This document shows positions 39,701 to 52,156 of a DNA stretch of 64,000 nucleotides, piece by piece (positions within the stretch are counted from its first letter, which is position 1; the number at the start of each line of letters is the position of its first letter). Source of the DNA: Raja brachyura (Eukaryota); NCBI GenBank assembly GCA_963514005.1, contig OY740816.1, forward strand, positions 17,980,001-18,044,000. The letters run 5' to 3'. The notes under the pieces are model-generated. The model ran no database searches. It saw only the letters and a program-made list of their open reading frames with translations, and had not been told where the DNA came from. The position numbers were made by a program, and so were the translations under genes.

Positions 39701-40771
39701 GATTGGGAATGGCTCATTACAATTCTTTCTTTGTAGTTGGTGCAGGATTTCAGAGTGGATCATAGCCCTATGTTTAAAATCTATATTTGTCTGGATTCAT
39801 ACATTGCATTCAACCAGAAGTAACATTGTTATCAAGGTATCAAACATGGTGTTTCGTTAAATATCCTATTGAATCCAAGTAGCAGAACAGATACCTTAAC
39901 TTATCTTTGAACTGGCATAGCTGGCCCCTCAGTCAAAACTTTAGCACTCGTTGGCTACTTTGTTTTTTTACTTTTTAAAAAAGAAATTTGTAAGCCAAAA
40001 CAGATGTGATTTTTTTTTTAAAGAAACTGGACATTGTATTCCAATTTATTGTGATAAAAAAAATTCACTGTTCCAAAACTGTTTTGTATGCAATTGTATA
40101 TCTTATTTATTTTGACTTGCATGTTTTGTAATGGAGAACATTATTTTTGCTTTTAAAACACATGTATTTTACTTTTGACTTTGGGGTCACAGGGATCGAT
40201 TGGTTGGTTGGAATAGCTGTTTTATATGGATCGCATGAAAGAAAAGCAGAGCTTGCGTAGTGATTGGCAGTTAATAAAATGAGATTGAAAGCTGTATTTC
40301 TGGTAAAAACAGCAGTTAAACAACTGGACCTTAGAACACCTTACATTGCCTGTTACCCAAGTGTCGGTTATTGAGTTGCTTTGTTTGTAGACAGACTCGT
40401 TCCTGTAGCTTAAATAAAGTGGCACATTGTTCTTATCAGTTGAGTTAATTGAGCTGATATATCATTAAAATGGGAAGCATCAATACATGTCCATGTTATG
40501 TATTTTAATTCCAGATACCACAAAGTAGAACTGTTCAAAGGCATTCAGAAGGGTTGCCACTAGGCTTAAATAGATTCATGAAATTGACAACCATGACAAT
40601 ATTAGCAGACACCACAATTACATTTCTATATAATTGGCTTATACTTTCCAAGGAACAGAATACTCTGCATGAAATTATACAATACAGGCGCTCGGCCCTT
40701 TGGCCCAATGAAGACGATGTCATTCACTCTCTTATTCTTTCTTTCTCTCCCTTTTCTTGCTCACTCTTTCT

Positions 40772-40992
40772 CCCCCTTCTCTCTGTCCACCCCCCCTTCC
40801 CTCTGTCCACCCCCCCCTTCTCTCTGTCCACCCCCCCTTCTCTCTGTCCACCCCCCTTCTCTCTGTCCACCCCCCTTCTCTCTGTCCACCCCCCCCTCTC
40901 TCTGTCCACCCCCCCTTCTCTCTGTCCACCCCCCCTTCTCTCTGTCCACCCCCCCCTTCTCTCTGTCCACCCCCCTTCTCTCTGTCCATCCC
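40772..40992. repeat. pyrimidine-rich minisatellite, about 11 units of about 20 bp (ctctgtcca-Cn-ttct)
   Basis: Directly visible tandem array; produces the spurious ORFs at 40554-41230. Confidence 0.97.
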
Positions 40993-41697
40993 ACACATGT
41001 TCATCGACTATTTCTCTCCTCCCCTTTAACTCTTGCATCTCACCCACTGGCACTAAATTGTATTGGGAAGTTATCCTGTCAACTACCATGTCTTTGGGTT
41101 GTGGGAGGAAATGGATGCACCTGGAAGAAACCCACATAGTCGCAGAGAGCATGCAAACTCCACCCAGACACGTGATATGCATTCCAGAGGTAAGAAAGAT
41201 AATAATGCAATCCTGACTGCTCTTGCTCATTCATATTTCTATAAACTGATGTCAACCCAAAATCAATTTCATCTTGCAAGAATTCCCATTTGCCTGTTAC
41301 TCTTCTTGGTGACCTACCTTTGACTCCCAGTTGACAGACACCTTTTTGATTTCTTCTTTTTCAACACATACATGACTAATAGCTTACCAACTCAAGTATT
41401 CCTGAGCTGGACAGCTTTGAGGTATTTAAACTCACATTCTGATTTCTTGAGCCATTCTTGATTGTGTTCACCGTCAACGGGCAGGTATTCAAATAATATA
41501 AATCCTCCCATAAACTTCTATATTTTGTTGTATATAATTCAAACTACTCCTTGGCCAAGCATCTGATGTACTTCCCTCTTGAAGTTGTACCAACATGCCT
41601 GGATAAATATTGAAACCAACCCAATTGATAGTTTGGGGCACTGCTGGGGCCTGCTTCTCTGTGATTAAGTCTGTTGCCTCACAGCACCATTGATCTG

Positions 41698-41884
41698 ATG
41701 ATAGACACAAAGTGCTGGAGCAACTCAGCGTATCAGGCAGTATCTCTGAGGAAAAAGGATGGGTGATTCTTCAGACCCAACATCATCCATCCTTTTTCTC
41801 CAGAAATGCTGCTTGACCTGCTGAGTTACTTGACACTTTGTGTCTATCTTCAGTGTACACCAGCATCTGTAGTTCCTTTCTACT
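41698..41884. mobile_element. Penelope-derived foldback element
   Basis: Inverted arms; 11-bp TSD cc(a/g)ttgatctg at 41687-41697 and 41885-41895. Confidence 0.78.
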
Positions 41885-42296
41885 CCGTTGATCTGGATTT
41901 AGTCCTGATCTTCAGCACGGTCTGTTTGGAGGTTGCATATTACACCTATGACCGTGGTTTTCCCCAAGTGTTTCAGTTTCCTCCCACAGTTGGTAGGTTA
42001 ATTGGCTGCTACAGATTGCCCAAAATGGGTTGTGGGTTGTAAAATTGATGAGAATGAGGAGAAAGTAGGTACAGGAGCAATTGGGTACTCTGAGCCAGCA
42101 TCAATTCAATTGGCTGAAATGGGCTTGTATATCATTCGGAAAATTGGAAGTCCCTTCCAGAAATTGTAATCCTGTTCACAACAGGAGAAAAACCTAAATC
42201 AGTATTGCATGCGACAAATGATGGATGCATGAGAGCAAAATTGCGCCACTGCACTGAAAGGTGTGTTCTTGAGGCTACAGCAAATTGGATTTGACT

Positions 42297-42526
42297 GTTT
42301 AGGAAAGAACTGCAGATGCTGGTCTAAATCGAAGGTAGACACAAAATGTTGGAGTAACTCAGCGGGACAGGCAGCATCTCTGGAGAGAAGGAATGGGTGA
42401 AGTTTCGAATTGAGACCCTTCTCAGTCTCAGTATGAAGAAGGGTCTCTACCCGAAACGCCACCCATTCCTTCTCTCCAGAGATGCTGGCTGTCCCGCTGA
42501 GTTAATCCAGCATTTTGTGTCTACCT
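42297..42526. mobile_element. Penelope-derived foldback element
   Basis: About 90-bp near-perfect inverted arms ggtagacacaaaatg... / ...cattttgtgtctacc. Confidence 0.85.
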
Positions 42527-43656
42527 TAGATTTCCCTGTACTCACATAACAGGTCAATGCTGGACTCTGATGTAAGAATGTCGATAGTATTGGTAAGCAT
42601 GAGATATTAGACCACATTCTTTCCTTAATCATAACATCCCTAAAGCCAACCAGTGAATCACTTAGGAAACTTTACCCTCCCAGGCATTCTAGGCAACTGC
42701 CACTCTTCTATTCTTATAACGTTGCATGACTTGGTTCCATCACAGTCTCTTTCATTGTGGAATTCAGTTTATTGGGAAATTAGGAATGTTAGCCTGTGCT
42801 TGGAATCCAAGCATGTAATATTCCATAGTTAATTTTTGCTCCCAAAGAGTTGAAGTGTCACCTTTGAAGGAATGCAAAGGGCAGAGTCCATGGAAATTAT
42901 CCCTCAATCTATTTGCTGTCAACTGTTGATAGTACAAGCAGGAACATAGTGACAATGGGCTTTGGAATTGGCATGGCTGCAAACCATTTCTTGTGAGATT
43001 TGAACACATCCTTTCCAAGTCGCTTGAGTCAGCAATGAGTTCCCAATACAGCATTCATGTGGATCTCAATAATGTTGAGTTTGTACATGGGAATTGGCAT
43101 TTTCAAAGGCTAATTAGATATATCCTCCCCTTCTCCAAAATGTGCCTTGTCATTACTTCAACTAGATTTGAGGCATAAAGTGCATAATCAATCTTTCAGA
43201 ACTAAATGTACCATTGTTAGGATTGTTTAAATATTTTCAGTTATTACAGAGGCTTGGCTTGGTTTGCAATAAAGCTGGATTTTATTTGAAGTGTGAACTG
43301 CTGAGTAAATTCATTTATGGATGTTTTTTAACTGCCTCTCAGCCTCAGAAATCCCAGAAAGTTACTTAAAAAGTTGTTAAACATCGTTGCCTGAATATGT
43401 GGTGGAAGAGGTTGTTCTTAAGTGAACTCGCCAACATCCTTAGCTGATGACTGTAGCACTGTTAAGTGTGCCCCTTTCAAAATGAACTATTAACAGGATA
43501 TTTGTTACCAGAAATGCAGCTTTTGTGGTATATTTTATTTACTCTTTCTACTTTCTCGTTTAATATGTATCCAATGCATGTTGACTTTCTATATTTGGGG
43601 TTAAATTATATGTATTTTTTTTACTTTGTATAGTTTTCTATTTTCATTATTTCTCA

Positions 43657-43662
43657 AATAAA
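43657..43662 (+). terminator. candidate polyadenylation signal of a short isoform
   Basis: AATAAA preceded by about 150 nt of U-rich sequence with TGTA motifs and followed about 20 nt later by a GT-rich stretch (tgtgtttgcttgctgggttgagttgt). Confidence 0.5.
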
Positions 43663-44977
43663 ACAAGTTTACAAACAAGAATGTGTTTGCTTGCTGGGTT
43701 GAGTTGTAGACTGTCCAGGTCCGCATAGGTCCCTGAATTATCTTGCACATTTCTATGTCCTGCAATATGCCTCATTGTTTTGGTGACCACCTACACAGGT
43801 AAGTTGGCTATACATCAAAAATGATCAATTTAAACCAGATGTCCCATCAAAAATCACATGATAAACTATTGCCATAACTTTCATAAATATTCTATTCCTA
43901 CTGATTTTTTTTCCACAAAGCTCTGGTGAAAATATACAGCAGATCTAGTACATGAGAATGAAAATCACAATACATAAATAATTAACATGACCACATGCAA
44001 TCAGAAAGCCCTTTATCTTTTTAATTTCCCACATCAATATATCTTCAACTTGATTTCAATGATCCTAACAAGCTATCCACTCTTGTATACAATGCTGTTT
44101 ACTCATCTCAGCCTGTTGCCCTTGTCTGCAAATTGAGTAGTTTCATTTCAAGCAGTTATTCCATCCGAATAGTATGATGGTGTTTTAAGAAAATACTTCA
44201 TAGTGGGGAAAGTATTTGGAAGGTGGAGTGTGGGTAGTGTTTGCTGCAGCTGAGAAATGTTAGTGGTAAACATCAGCAGAAACCTCAAGAAAACTGCGAA
44301 AACTGTCTTGGGATTTTAAATGTGACACAAATGACTTCAGTTAGCAATTCATAACTCGTGGAACATCAATGTATCTGTGCATGAATAAAATTATGGTAAG
44401 CATTTTTACTGCTTGCATCTTAAACATTAAACCATTAATCTTGGTATTTCGACTTGGTAATCCACAGATTGGGAAGAAGGATCATTGGGTAATTTTTATT
44501 TGCGAATTGTTACTTTCTCAGACTATCATACATATTGTGAGCAAGAGAGGCTTTTGAGAGCCATTGTTAAAAGTTTTTTTTTTAAGTAAGCTGAGCTGGA
44601 ACATATTCTCACCACTGTGCTTAAGAGTTCCATTTCACTTTTTAAAAGTTGCTTAATGATTCATAAGAGGTTTTGGTGTACTTGAAAGAAGAGGTCTCTT
44701 CCCAGTAGTTATTTAGACTGTATGGAATACACCCAAGTTTACAGGGCATCACAAAGTTAACAATGTTGTTGTATAAGCAGACATAAATAAACTGGACTCC
44801 ACAAGAAACAGTGAGGTGAAGCAGGACCTTGATTGCACACTGCAGTTCTTGAAGAGCCGTCGAATTAATGTTTCTGCATTAATCATCTATTAATTTATGG
44901 GATCTCCAACACTCCACCATTCTCAAAGCACCACCACCCGAACAGCATTATATGAAAATGTCAACCTAGTTTTTGTT

Positions 44978-46400
44978 TGAATGAATGAATAAGTTTATTG
45001 GCCAAGAATTCACATACAAGGAAGTTGCCTTGGTGCTCCGCTCGCAAGTAACAACACGACATACAGTGACAATTAAGAATGACACATAAAACATTAATAA
45101 TAAAACATTACAGTTTAAGCATGTGAATGAAATAAAATACCAGAGCAAAATGAGGCTACAGCTTTTGGTTATTGAGTAGAGCTACTACTCGTGTAAAAAA
45201 GCTGTTTTTATGCTTGGCTGTGGCGGCTTTGACAGACCGGAGTCGCCTACCACAGGGAAGTGCTTCAAAGAGTTAGTGGCCAGGGTGAGTGGGGTCAGAG
45301 ATGATCTTACTCGCTTGCTTCCTGGCCATTGCAGTGTACAGTTCATCAATATGGGGGGGGGGGGGGGGGGGGGGGGGAAGGTTGCAGCCAACAACCTCAG
45401 CTGATCGGACAGTTCACTGCAGCCTTTGGATGTCGTGCTTGGTGGCTGACCCAAACCAGACCATGATGGAGAAGGTGAGGACAGACTCTGATGGCAGTAT
45501 AGAATTGGATCATCATTGCCTGTGGCAGATTGTGTTTCCTCAGCTGCCACAGGAAGTACATCCTCTGTTGGACCTTTTTGACTGTGGAGTCGATGGTGGC
45601 CCCCCATTTCAGGTCTTTGGAGATGATGGTTCCAAGCAACTTAAAAGACTCCACAGATGTTTCTGTGGTGTTGTTGATGGTGACTTGGGGGAGGGGAGGA
45701 GGAGCTCTCCTAAAGTCCACTATCAATTCCACTGTCCTAAGAGCATTGAGCTCCAAATGGCACCAGGACGCCAGCTGTGTCATTTCCTGTCTGTAAGCAG
45801 ATTCCTCCCCATCCTGGATCAGTCCAATCAGGGTTGTGTCGTCTGCAAACTTGAGAAGCTTGACAGAGGAGTCTGTGGTGGTGCAGACGTTGGTGTAGAG
45901 AGAGTAAAGGAGAGGAGATAGTACGCAGCCTTGCGGTGCTCCTATGCTGAGGGTCTGCGGGTCCGAGATGTGCTTTCCCAGCCTCACATGCTGCTTCCTG
46001 TCTGTCAGGAAGTTGGTGATCCACTGACAGAGGGGTTCAGGCACAGCCAACTTGGAGAGTTTGGAGTGTAGTAGCTCTGGCACAATGGAGTTGAATGCAG
46101 AGCTTAAATCAACAAACAAAATCCTTGCATTGGTACCCTGGTGGTCTAGGTGCTGGAGGATGAAGTGCAGGCCTAGGTTGACTGCGTCATCCACCGATCT
46201 ATTGGCCCTGTATGCAAACTGCAGTGAGTCCAGCAGGGTGTTTGTGATATTTTTCAGCTTGGTCAGCACAAGGCTTTCAAGGGTCTTCATGACTACAGAG
46301 GTCAGTGCGACAGGCCTGTAGTCATTAAGACCAGTAATCCTTGTCTTTTTGGGTACAGGGACAATAGTGGAGACTTTGCGGCTGGCAGGGGACAGTACAG
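44978..46400 (-). mobile_element. Rex1/Babar-type LINE, 5'-truncated, RT largely open
   Basis: 353-aa ORF 45397..46458 with [36 protein letters not shown]; frameshifted at the 3' end; (gaat)n tail. Confidence 0.93.
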
Positions 46401-47620
46401 GTTTGCAGGGATTGGTTGACTGGTTGGGTATTTGTATGTTGCTGGAAGATACTGTCAATGCTAAACTTGTGGCTTGAGTGCAGACAAATCCAATTTAAAA
46501 TGACTTAAAACTGAGGCAAGTTCAAGCGTCAATTTTGTTTTTAAGAGTACATTTTTGCAAGAAGATAATAGTAGTTTAAATAATCTGCACGATAGCTTGG
46601 TTAATTCAAACAGACACCAGTAGTATTGTTGCGAGTAATATGCATGTAGTTACCTGAAAAAAAAGTCAGACCATCAAATGTTGCTTTGGAAATAGAAATT
46701 TCCTTAATTATTGATGGTGCTATTTGGACACAACTGAAATAATAAATATGAACTTGCTTCAAAAGGGATGCGGGAGCCATCTGAAGGGAAGGGAATTTAT
46801 TGTCTTCACATCTGCCTTGCCCCCTTTGTGCATAAAGGACTTTGGTTCCCTGACTGCAAAATGACATATGGCCTTTGTTTCCATGCTGAAATGGCCAACT
46901 TTAAAAAAAATTGTAAACAGGATAATTTATCATCTGAAAGCAAGCATCATTGGAAATAAACAAAGGCAAGGTCATGAACGTAGCAAAGAAATAATGAGCC
47001 ATGCGGGGTGGTTATGTACAATGAATAGGCCAGCTGATTTATCTTCGCCCTGTAATTCACTCCTCTTGCTGTTCTTTCAATCTGCTTTCTTATCCTTACC
47101 CAACCAGTATTCTGCCACCCTCTCCAAACTTGCAGCCTCAAGTAGTCATTCTTTAATACTACAGTTCCACTTTGAGGGGGAAAAAATGCCATTATCCTTC
47201 CTGAATGTCTGTTGATGCAGGAGTTGGGCTTGCTCTTGTACTTGGTTAACAATATAATTAATGTGGTAAAAAATTTGATAAGATGGAATGGACCTTAGAG
47301 TGTGTGACCCTGAGAGTTGGTATTTTTAGACGAGGTTAGAGAAAAAGATTGAGAGGTGTCTCTTTAATTTGTATTTTTAATTGTATAAAATTCCCAAGCT
47401 GTATGTAATACAGATGTAGTTTATAAAGCAAATTTTCCCAGAAGTATCAAATCGCTGACCATCTATTTTCAAGTATTTCTGCTCTTCCTGGTTAGGTTCA
47501 TTGTCGTAGATGTTTCGGGTACATGTTCCCAATATTTATATGATTGTCCTGTTATATGTAGTAGTTTAACTTGGCATCATGTTCGGCACAGAATTGTGGG
47601 CTGAAGAGCATGTTGCGTAC

Positions 47621-48165
47621 AGTTTTAGTCTCCTAATCTGAGGAAAGACATTCTTGCCATAGAGGGAGTACAGAGAAGGTTCACCAGACTGATTCCTGGG
47701 ATGGCAGGACTTCCATATGAAGAAAGACTGGATAGACTCGGCTTGTACTCGCTGGAATTTAGGAGATTGAGGGGGGGATCTTGTAGAGACTTACAAAATT
47801 CTTAAGGGGTTGGACAGGCTAGATGCAGGAAGATTGTTCCCGATGTTGGGGAACTCCAGAACAAGGGGCCACAGTTTAAGGATAAGGGGGAAATCTTTTA
47901 GGACCGAGATGAGAAGATCATTTTTCACACAGAGTGGTGAGTCTGTGGAATTCTCTGCCACAGAAGGTAGTTGAGGCCAGTTCATTGGCTATATTTAAGA
48001 GGGAGTTAAATGTTGCCCTTGTGGCTAAAGGGATCAGGGGGTATGGAGAGAAGGCAGGTACAGGATATGGAGTTGGATGATCAACCATGATCATATTGAA
48101 TGGCGATGCAGGCTCGAAGGGCCGAATGGCCTACTCCTGCACCTATTTTCTATGATTCTATGTTC
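47621..48165 (+). mobile_element. CR1/HER1 LINE 3' end, relatively intact
   Basis: Encodes ...EGVQRRFTRLIPGM...YEERL..LGLYSLE...; ends ctattttctatgattctatg; splits an older CR1-type tail. Confidence 0.9.
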
Positions 48166-50319
48166 CTGTGCTGTATTGTGCTGTACTGTGTTATATGTAT
48201 GTCTGCTGGTGGAGTGGGGCCTGTAAATTTCCTGTGCCAGAAGATGTTCTTTGTTTTGCCTAACAGAAGGGTTTTATGATTCCTATAATTGGCATCAAAG
48301 GTTGCTCACCCTTTATATTACAGAGTTGATTTCTGTGGTTTTGATCAAATTGTTCATGTGCATTTAAAGAATTTGGCTTGTGTCTTGGGTCATGAAAATG
48401 TTTAGTTATAGTGGGTTGTCAAGTAACACATGGACTGCAGATGTCCTTAGTTGACATGTACTTTGCAACCCATGGTCATTACAAGAACTTACAATGTTCT
48501 TTCCAAGGAGGAAAGGCAACCTCGAGCAAGGAAGTTATCTGTTAACTCAATTAACATTTTAGATGAATTTTTAATGCTCCTTCCCTTATCCCTCCATAAT
48601 CAAATTAGTTTATATTTTCTGTTTCATCCAAGTGTTGGTCACACACGTTTAACTAAAAATGTGCTCATGAATAGTCTACAATGTCGTTGGGTGCACCAAT
48701 GTCCACACCAATATGCTGGGTAAAATATCGGGCTGGATACTGGATCCAGTCTGAAAGTTATTCTTTATTGAGAGTTATTTACGTGCTTCAAAGGAACTTT
48801 GTCAAACAAACCTTAATGCAGACCCATATAAAATGTTAGGGCTGATACAGGTTGGGTTTTAAGGACTACCTAGAAGGATGGGAAAAAATAATTGGGGATA
48901 ACCAAAGCTTAGTGTCTTAGTAGGTGTAGGCTTGTGATTAAAATTTGGGATTCTCAAGAAGCCAGATTTGGAGGAATTAGTCGGACCAGGAGGATTACTG
49001 GGAAGCGATGAGGCTGTAGAACAATATGACAATTATGCTAAATTTTAAAATGGATTTCTGCTTAACTAGTAAGCAATAAATGTCAGGGAGTGTACAGGAT
49101 GGTGGATGTACAGAACTTGAATGGGAGAACTGTGGCACAGAATGATCTCTTGTATTTATTTGATGGAACATGGGAGGTAGCTGAAACAGCACTGGGAAAG
49201 TTGAGCCTAAAGTTAGCAATATATGGATGAGGTATTTGGCAACAGTTGAGCTTGGGAAGGCAGAGTTGGGTGACATTACATAGCTGGCAAAAAGTGTTAT
49301 CTGTTCAACGCAGTCATGTGGCCCGGAGCCTGTCTTTGTGCTGCACGGTTCACTGTTCTTGTGATGCCAAAGGTGTATGGTTGGAGGTCAAACAAGGCAT
49401 CAACATTGGTGAATAGTTTCAGATAGTTGTCATAAATAAAAATGGTAACGACGGTGACCAGTCAATGTTTAGTTGGAGAAAGGTATTTTCTGTCCAGTAA
49501 ATGGATCCTGGAGCAGTTAATTGTGTGCTGAAAGTCTGGTCACCATTTAATAGAGTTGGAGGAGAGAAATGTTCTTCCAGTTCTTTCCCCACATCCCAGC
49601 CAGATATTCACAATGAGATGAAATGTAACAGTGAGCTTTTGAGTATCTGAAACTGGAGTTTAGCTTTCAAATAGAAAGGAAAGGAAATGTTTGCATTTTG
49701 ACAGTGTTGGCTCTTGTCCATGTCTGGCCAATGAGAAAAACTCTTAATACCTCCCCTCAATCATTATTAATTTACCAAGTAATTGTTTTAAAATTAAGAT
49801 TAGGTAGAGGATAACCGGTTGACAAAGTCGACATTGCTAATTCAGAGCAGGAAAATTATTTTCAGTGAATTCACTGCGTGAATTGTTCCTCTTGAAACAA
49901 GAAATACAAAATTATCAATATTTCCCAAAATCTGTCTTTTACAGCTTAATCTAATTAATCTAATCTAATTAATCTAATCTAATTAATTCTGCTGAAGTTG
50001 AGAATGTCCTTGAGTCCTCGTTTGCTGTCAGTAGTGGTTGAAGAGCGCTATTAAATATGTATCAATAAGCTGGCTAGGAAAATGTAAAATAAAATGTGCT
50101 CCATTGATCTTGCATAGCATACAGTAGAGGGATTTGACCAGCCTTATTCTGTGACTTTAACTTTTCCATAGGGGCAGATGGAATTTTTGGAGTTTCGTGG
50201 CAAGTGGTCTCTCTGGAAAAACCTTTTTGTTTAGAAAATGGTTGCCACCTGGGCTGCTAAAACTGGTCTAATATTGGGATATTTATTGGAGGCATCTTGC
50301 AAGAAATTGATATATCAAT

Positions 50320-50630
50320 GGGCAGCACAGTGGCACAGCGGTAGAGTTGCTGCCATACAACGTTGGAGACCTGGGTTCGATCCCGACTACGTGAGCTGTC
50401 TGTATGGAGTTTGTACGTTCTCCCTGTGACCTGCATGGGTTTTCTCCAAGATCTTCGGTTTCCTCCCACACTCCAAAGAAATACAGGTTTGTAGGTTACT
50501 TGGCTCGGGTTTTTTTTTAATGGTCCCGCGTGTACGATAGTGTTAATGTGTGGGGATAGCTGGACGGTGTGGACTCGGTGGGCTGAAGGGCCTGTTTCCG
50601 TGCTATATCTCTAAAACTAAAAAACAAAAA
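50320..50630 (+). mobile_element. HE1-like tRNA-derived V-SINE, full length
   Basis: A-box-like gtggcacagcggtag, B-box gggttcgatccc, V-domain and gggctgaagggcctgtttccgtgct tail. Confidence 0.9.
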
Positions 50631-51265
50631 ACAATAGGGGAGACTTTTTAAAGTTCCAGGACCAGCGCATCACAAATCAAAATAAAAGTAACCAGATAAG
50701 CAGTGTCATCAGTAATTGAAACTATTAATTGGGAATAATAGGTCTTTGTACTTGGGTATTATTGCACAAGAAAAATATTGGCTGTTTTGGACTTTATCCA
50801 TTAGTATTTGGTCCAAGCTTTCAATTGTTGGGCTGATGCTGTTACCAGATCCTAATGTCATCATGATATTCACCCAGGTGCACTTTCAAGCACAACCGTG
50901 CAAATTAAGGTGAGAACCCTGGTTCTTTTTGGCAATCTTAGTTGAGGAGTTATGAGACGACTTTCAGCATCCCAGCAATTGTCGTAGCTAGAACACACAA
51001 ATCAAATGCTCGTCTAGTAATAGAAGACGTAGCACATCCCAACTAAAGTGTTGGTGGAATTGTCCTGCATATTTCATTACCATTGAGTCGTAATGGCACT
51101 CATGGAAAGTGATAGGCAGTACGCAACAGTTAACACTGTAAACAGAAGGGAAAAAACGCTTCCATACATCTATGTGGAGATACATAAGGCAGTGGAGGTC
51201 AATTCACTGAATGTTTTCAAGAGAGTTAGGCTTAGGTCTTAGGACTTACGGAATCAAGGGATATG

Positions 51266-52156
51266 CAGAGCTGCCAAGTAGTACGGATTTTCCGTATTTT
51301 GTACGGAAATGCGATCAGAATACGGATAGAAACATAGAAATTAGGTGCAGGAGTAGGCCATTCGGCCCTTCGAGCCTGCACCGCCATTCAATATGATCAT
51401 GGCTGATCATCCAACTCAGTATCCCGTACCTGCCTTCTCTCCATACTTTGCTTTGTAAAATACGGATTTTTTAAAAATCTGCCCGACTTCCTGTTTCATC
51501 TTGCTGCTTAAAAAATACAAGGATATAAAAAGTCATACTTTTTAGAGTACCTCTAAAAATTATAGTAGATTAAATCTATTAGTATTTTAAATTTCAAGAT
51601 CTGGATGATTATTTTTGTAAGCTTTGATCTGCCTGTCCCGCTCCAGGTTTTAACAGCGCTATGGGTTCTAAAAATAGATCTCCCAGTTGGAGCACTATTG
51701 CCTTTACACATAGCGCTATGACCACGATGCTATGGGTCACAGACTGTTAGGGGAGGGAGAGAGGGAGAAGGAGAGGGAATAAGAGAGGGAGGGAGAAAAA
51801 AAGGAAGGAGGGTGGGCGGGAGAGGGAGGAAAAGAGAGTAAGGAGGGAGAGGGAGTCTTCCAAAATAGCTTCTACATCATCTGGTGCTCAAAGCAGGAAG
51901 CAGCCGTTCAAACAGCAGTATACAAAGAGATGACAATGAATGCACTATCAGGTAAGATGCATAGAAGACATGTCATTTGGTAGCAAAGTTATGCATTCTT
52001 GTACTCTAACATGGGTATGACTGCACATTTTAAAAAAAAAAAAAAAAACTTTTTTCCAGCAAAATGGCACTGCTTACAAATACTGATTTCCTCAGCAAAA
52101 TACTGATTTTCAGGTACTAGAATACTGAAATGCTCTGACAAAACTTGGCAGCTCTG
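51266..52156. mobile_element. non-autonomous DNA transposon with 14-bp TIRs and 6-bp TSD, inserted in a CR1 tail
   Basis: TIR cagagctgccaagt / acttggcagctctg; TSD gatatg at 51260-51265 and 52157-52162; CR1 sequence rejoins across it; contains a minus-strand CR1 tail at 51326-51446. Confidence 0.88.

Noticed and set aside
40554-41230. Several long overlapping ORFs on both strands (up to 220 aa)
   Set aside because: Artefacts of the stop-free minisatellite.
43719-43786. ccag|GT CCG acceptor giving GPH..., reminiscent of the human short-isoform GPA exon
   Set aside because: Poor pyrimidine tract, only two matching residues, and it lies downstream of the candidate poly(A) site.
45397-46458. 353-aa reverse transcriptase ORF as an active or domesticated gene
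   Set aside because: 5'-truncated, no endonuclease domain, frameshifted near the 3' end; ordinary LINE relic.
50320-50395. tRNA-like sequence with A and B boxes
   Set aside because: It is the head of a SINE followed by V-domain and LINE tail; no complete cloverleaf.
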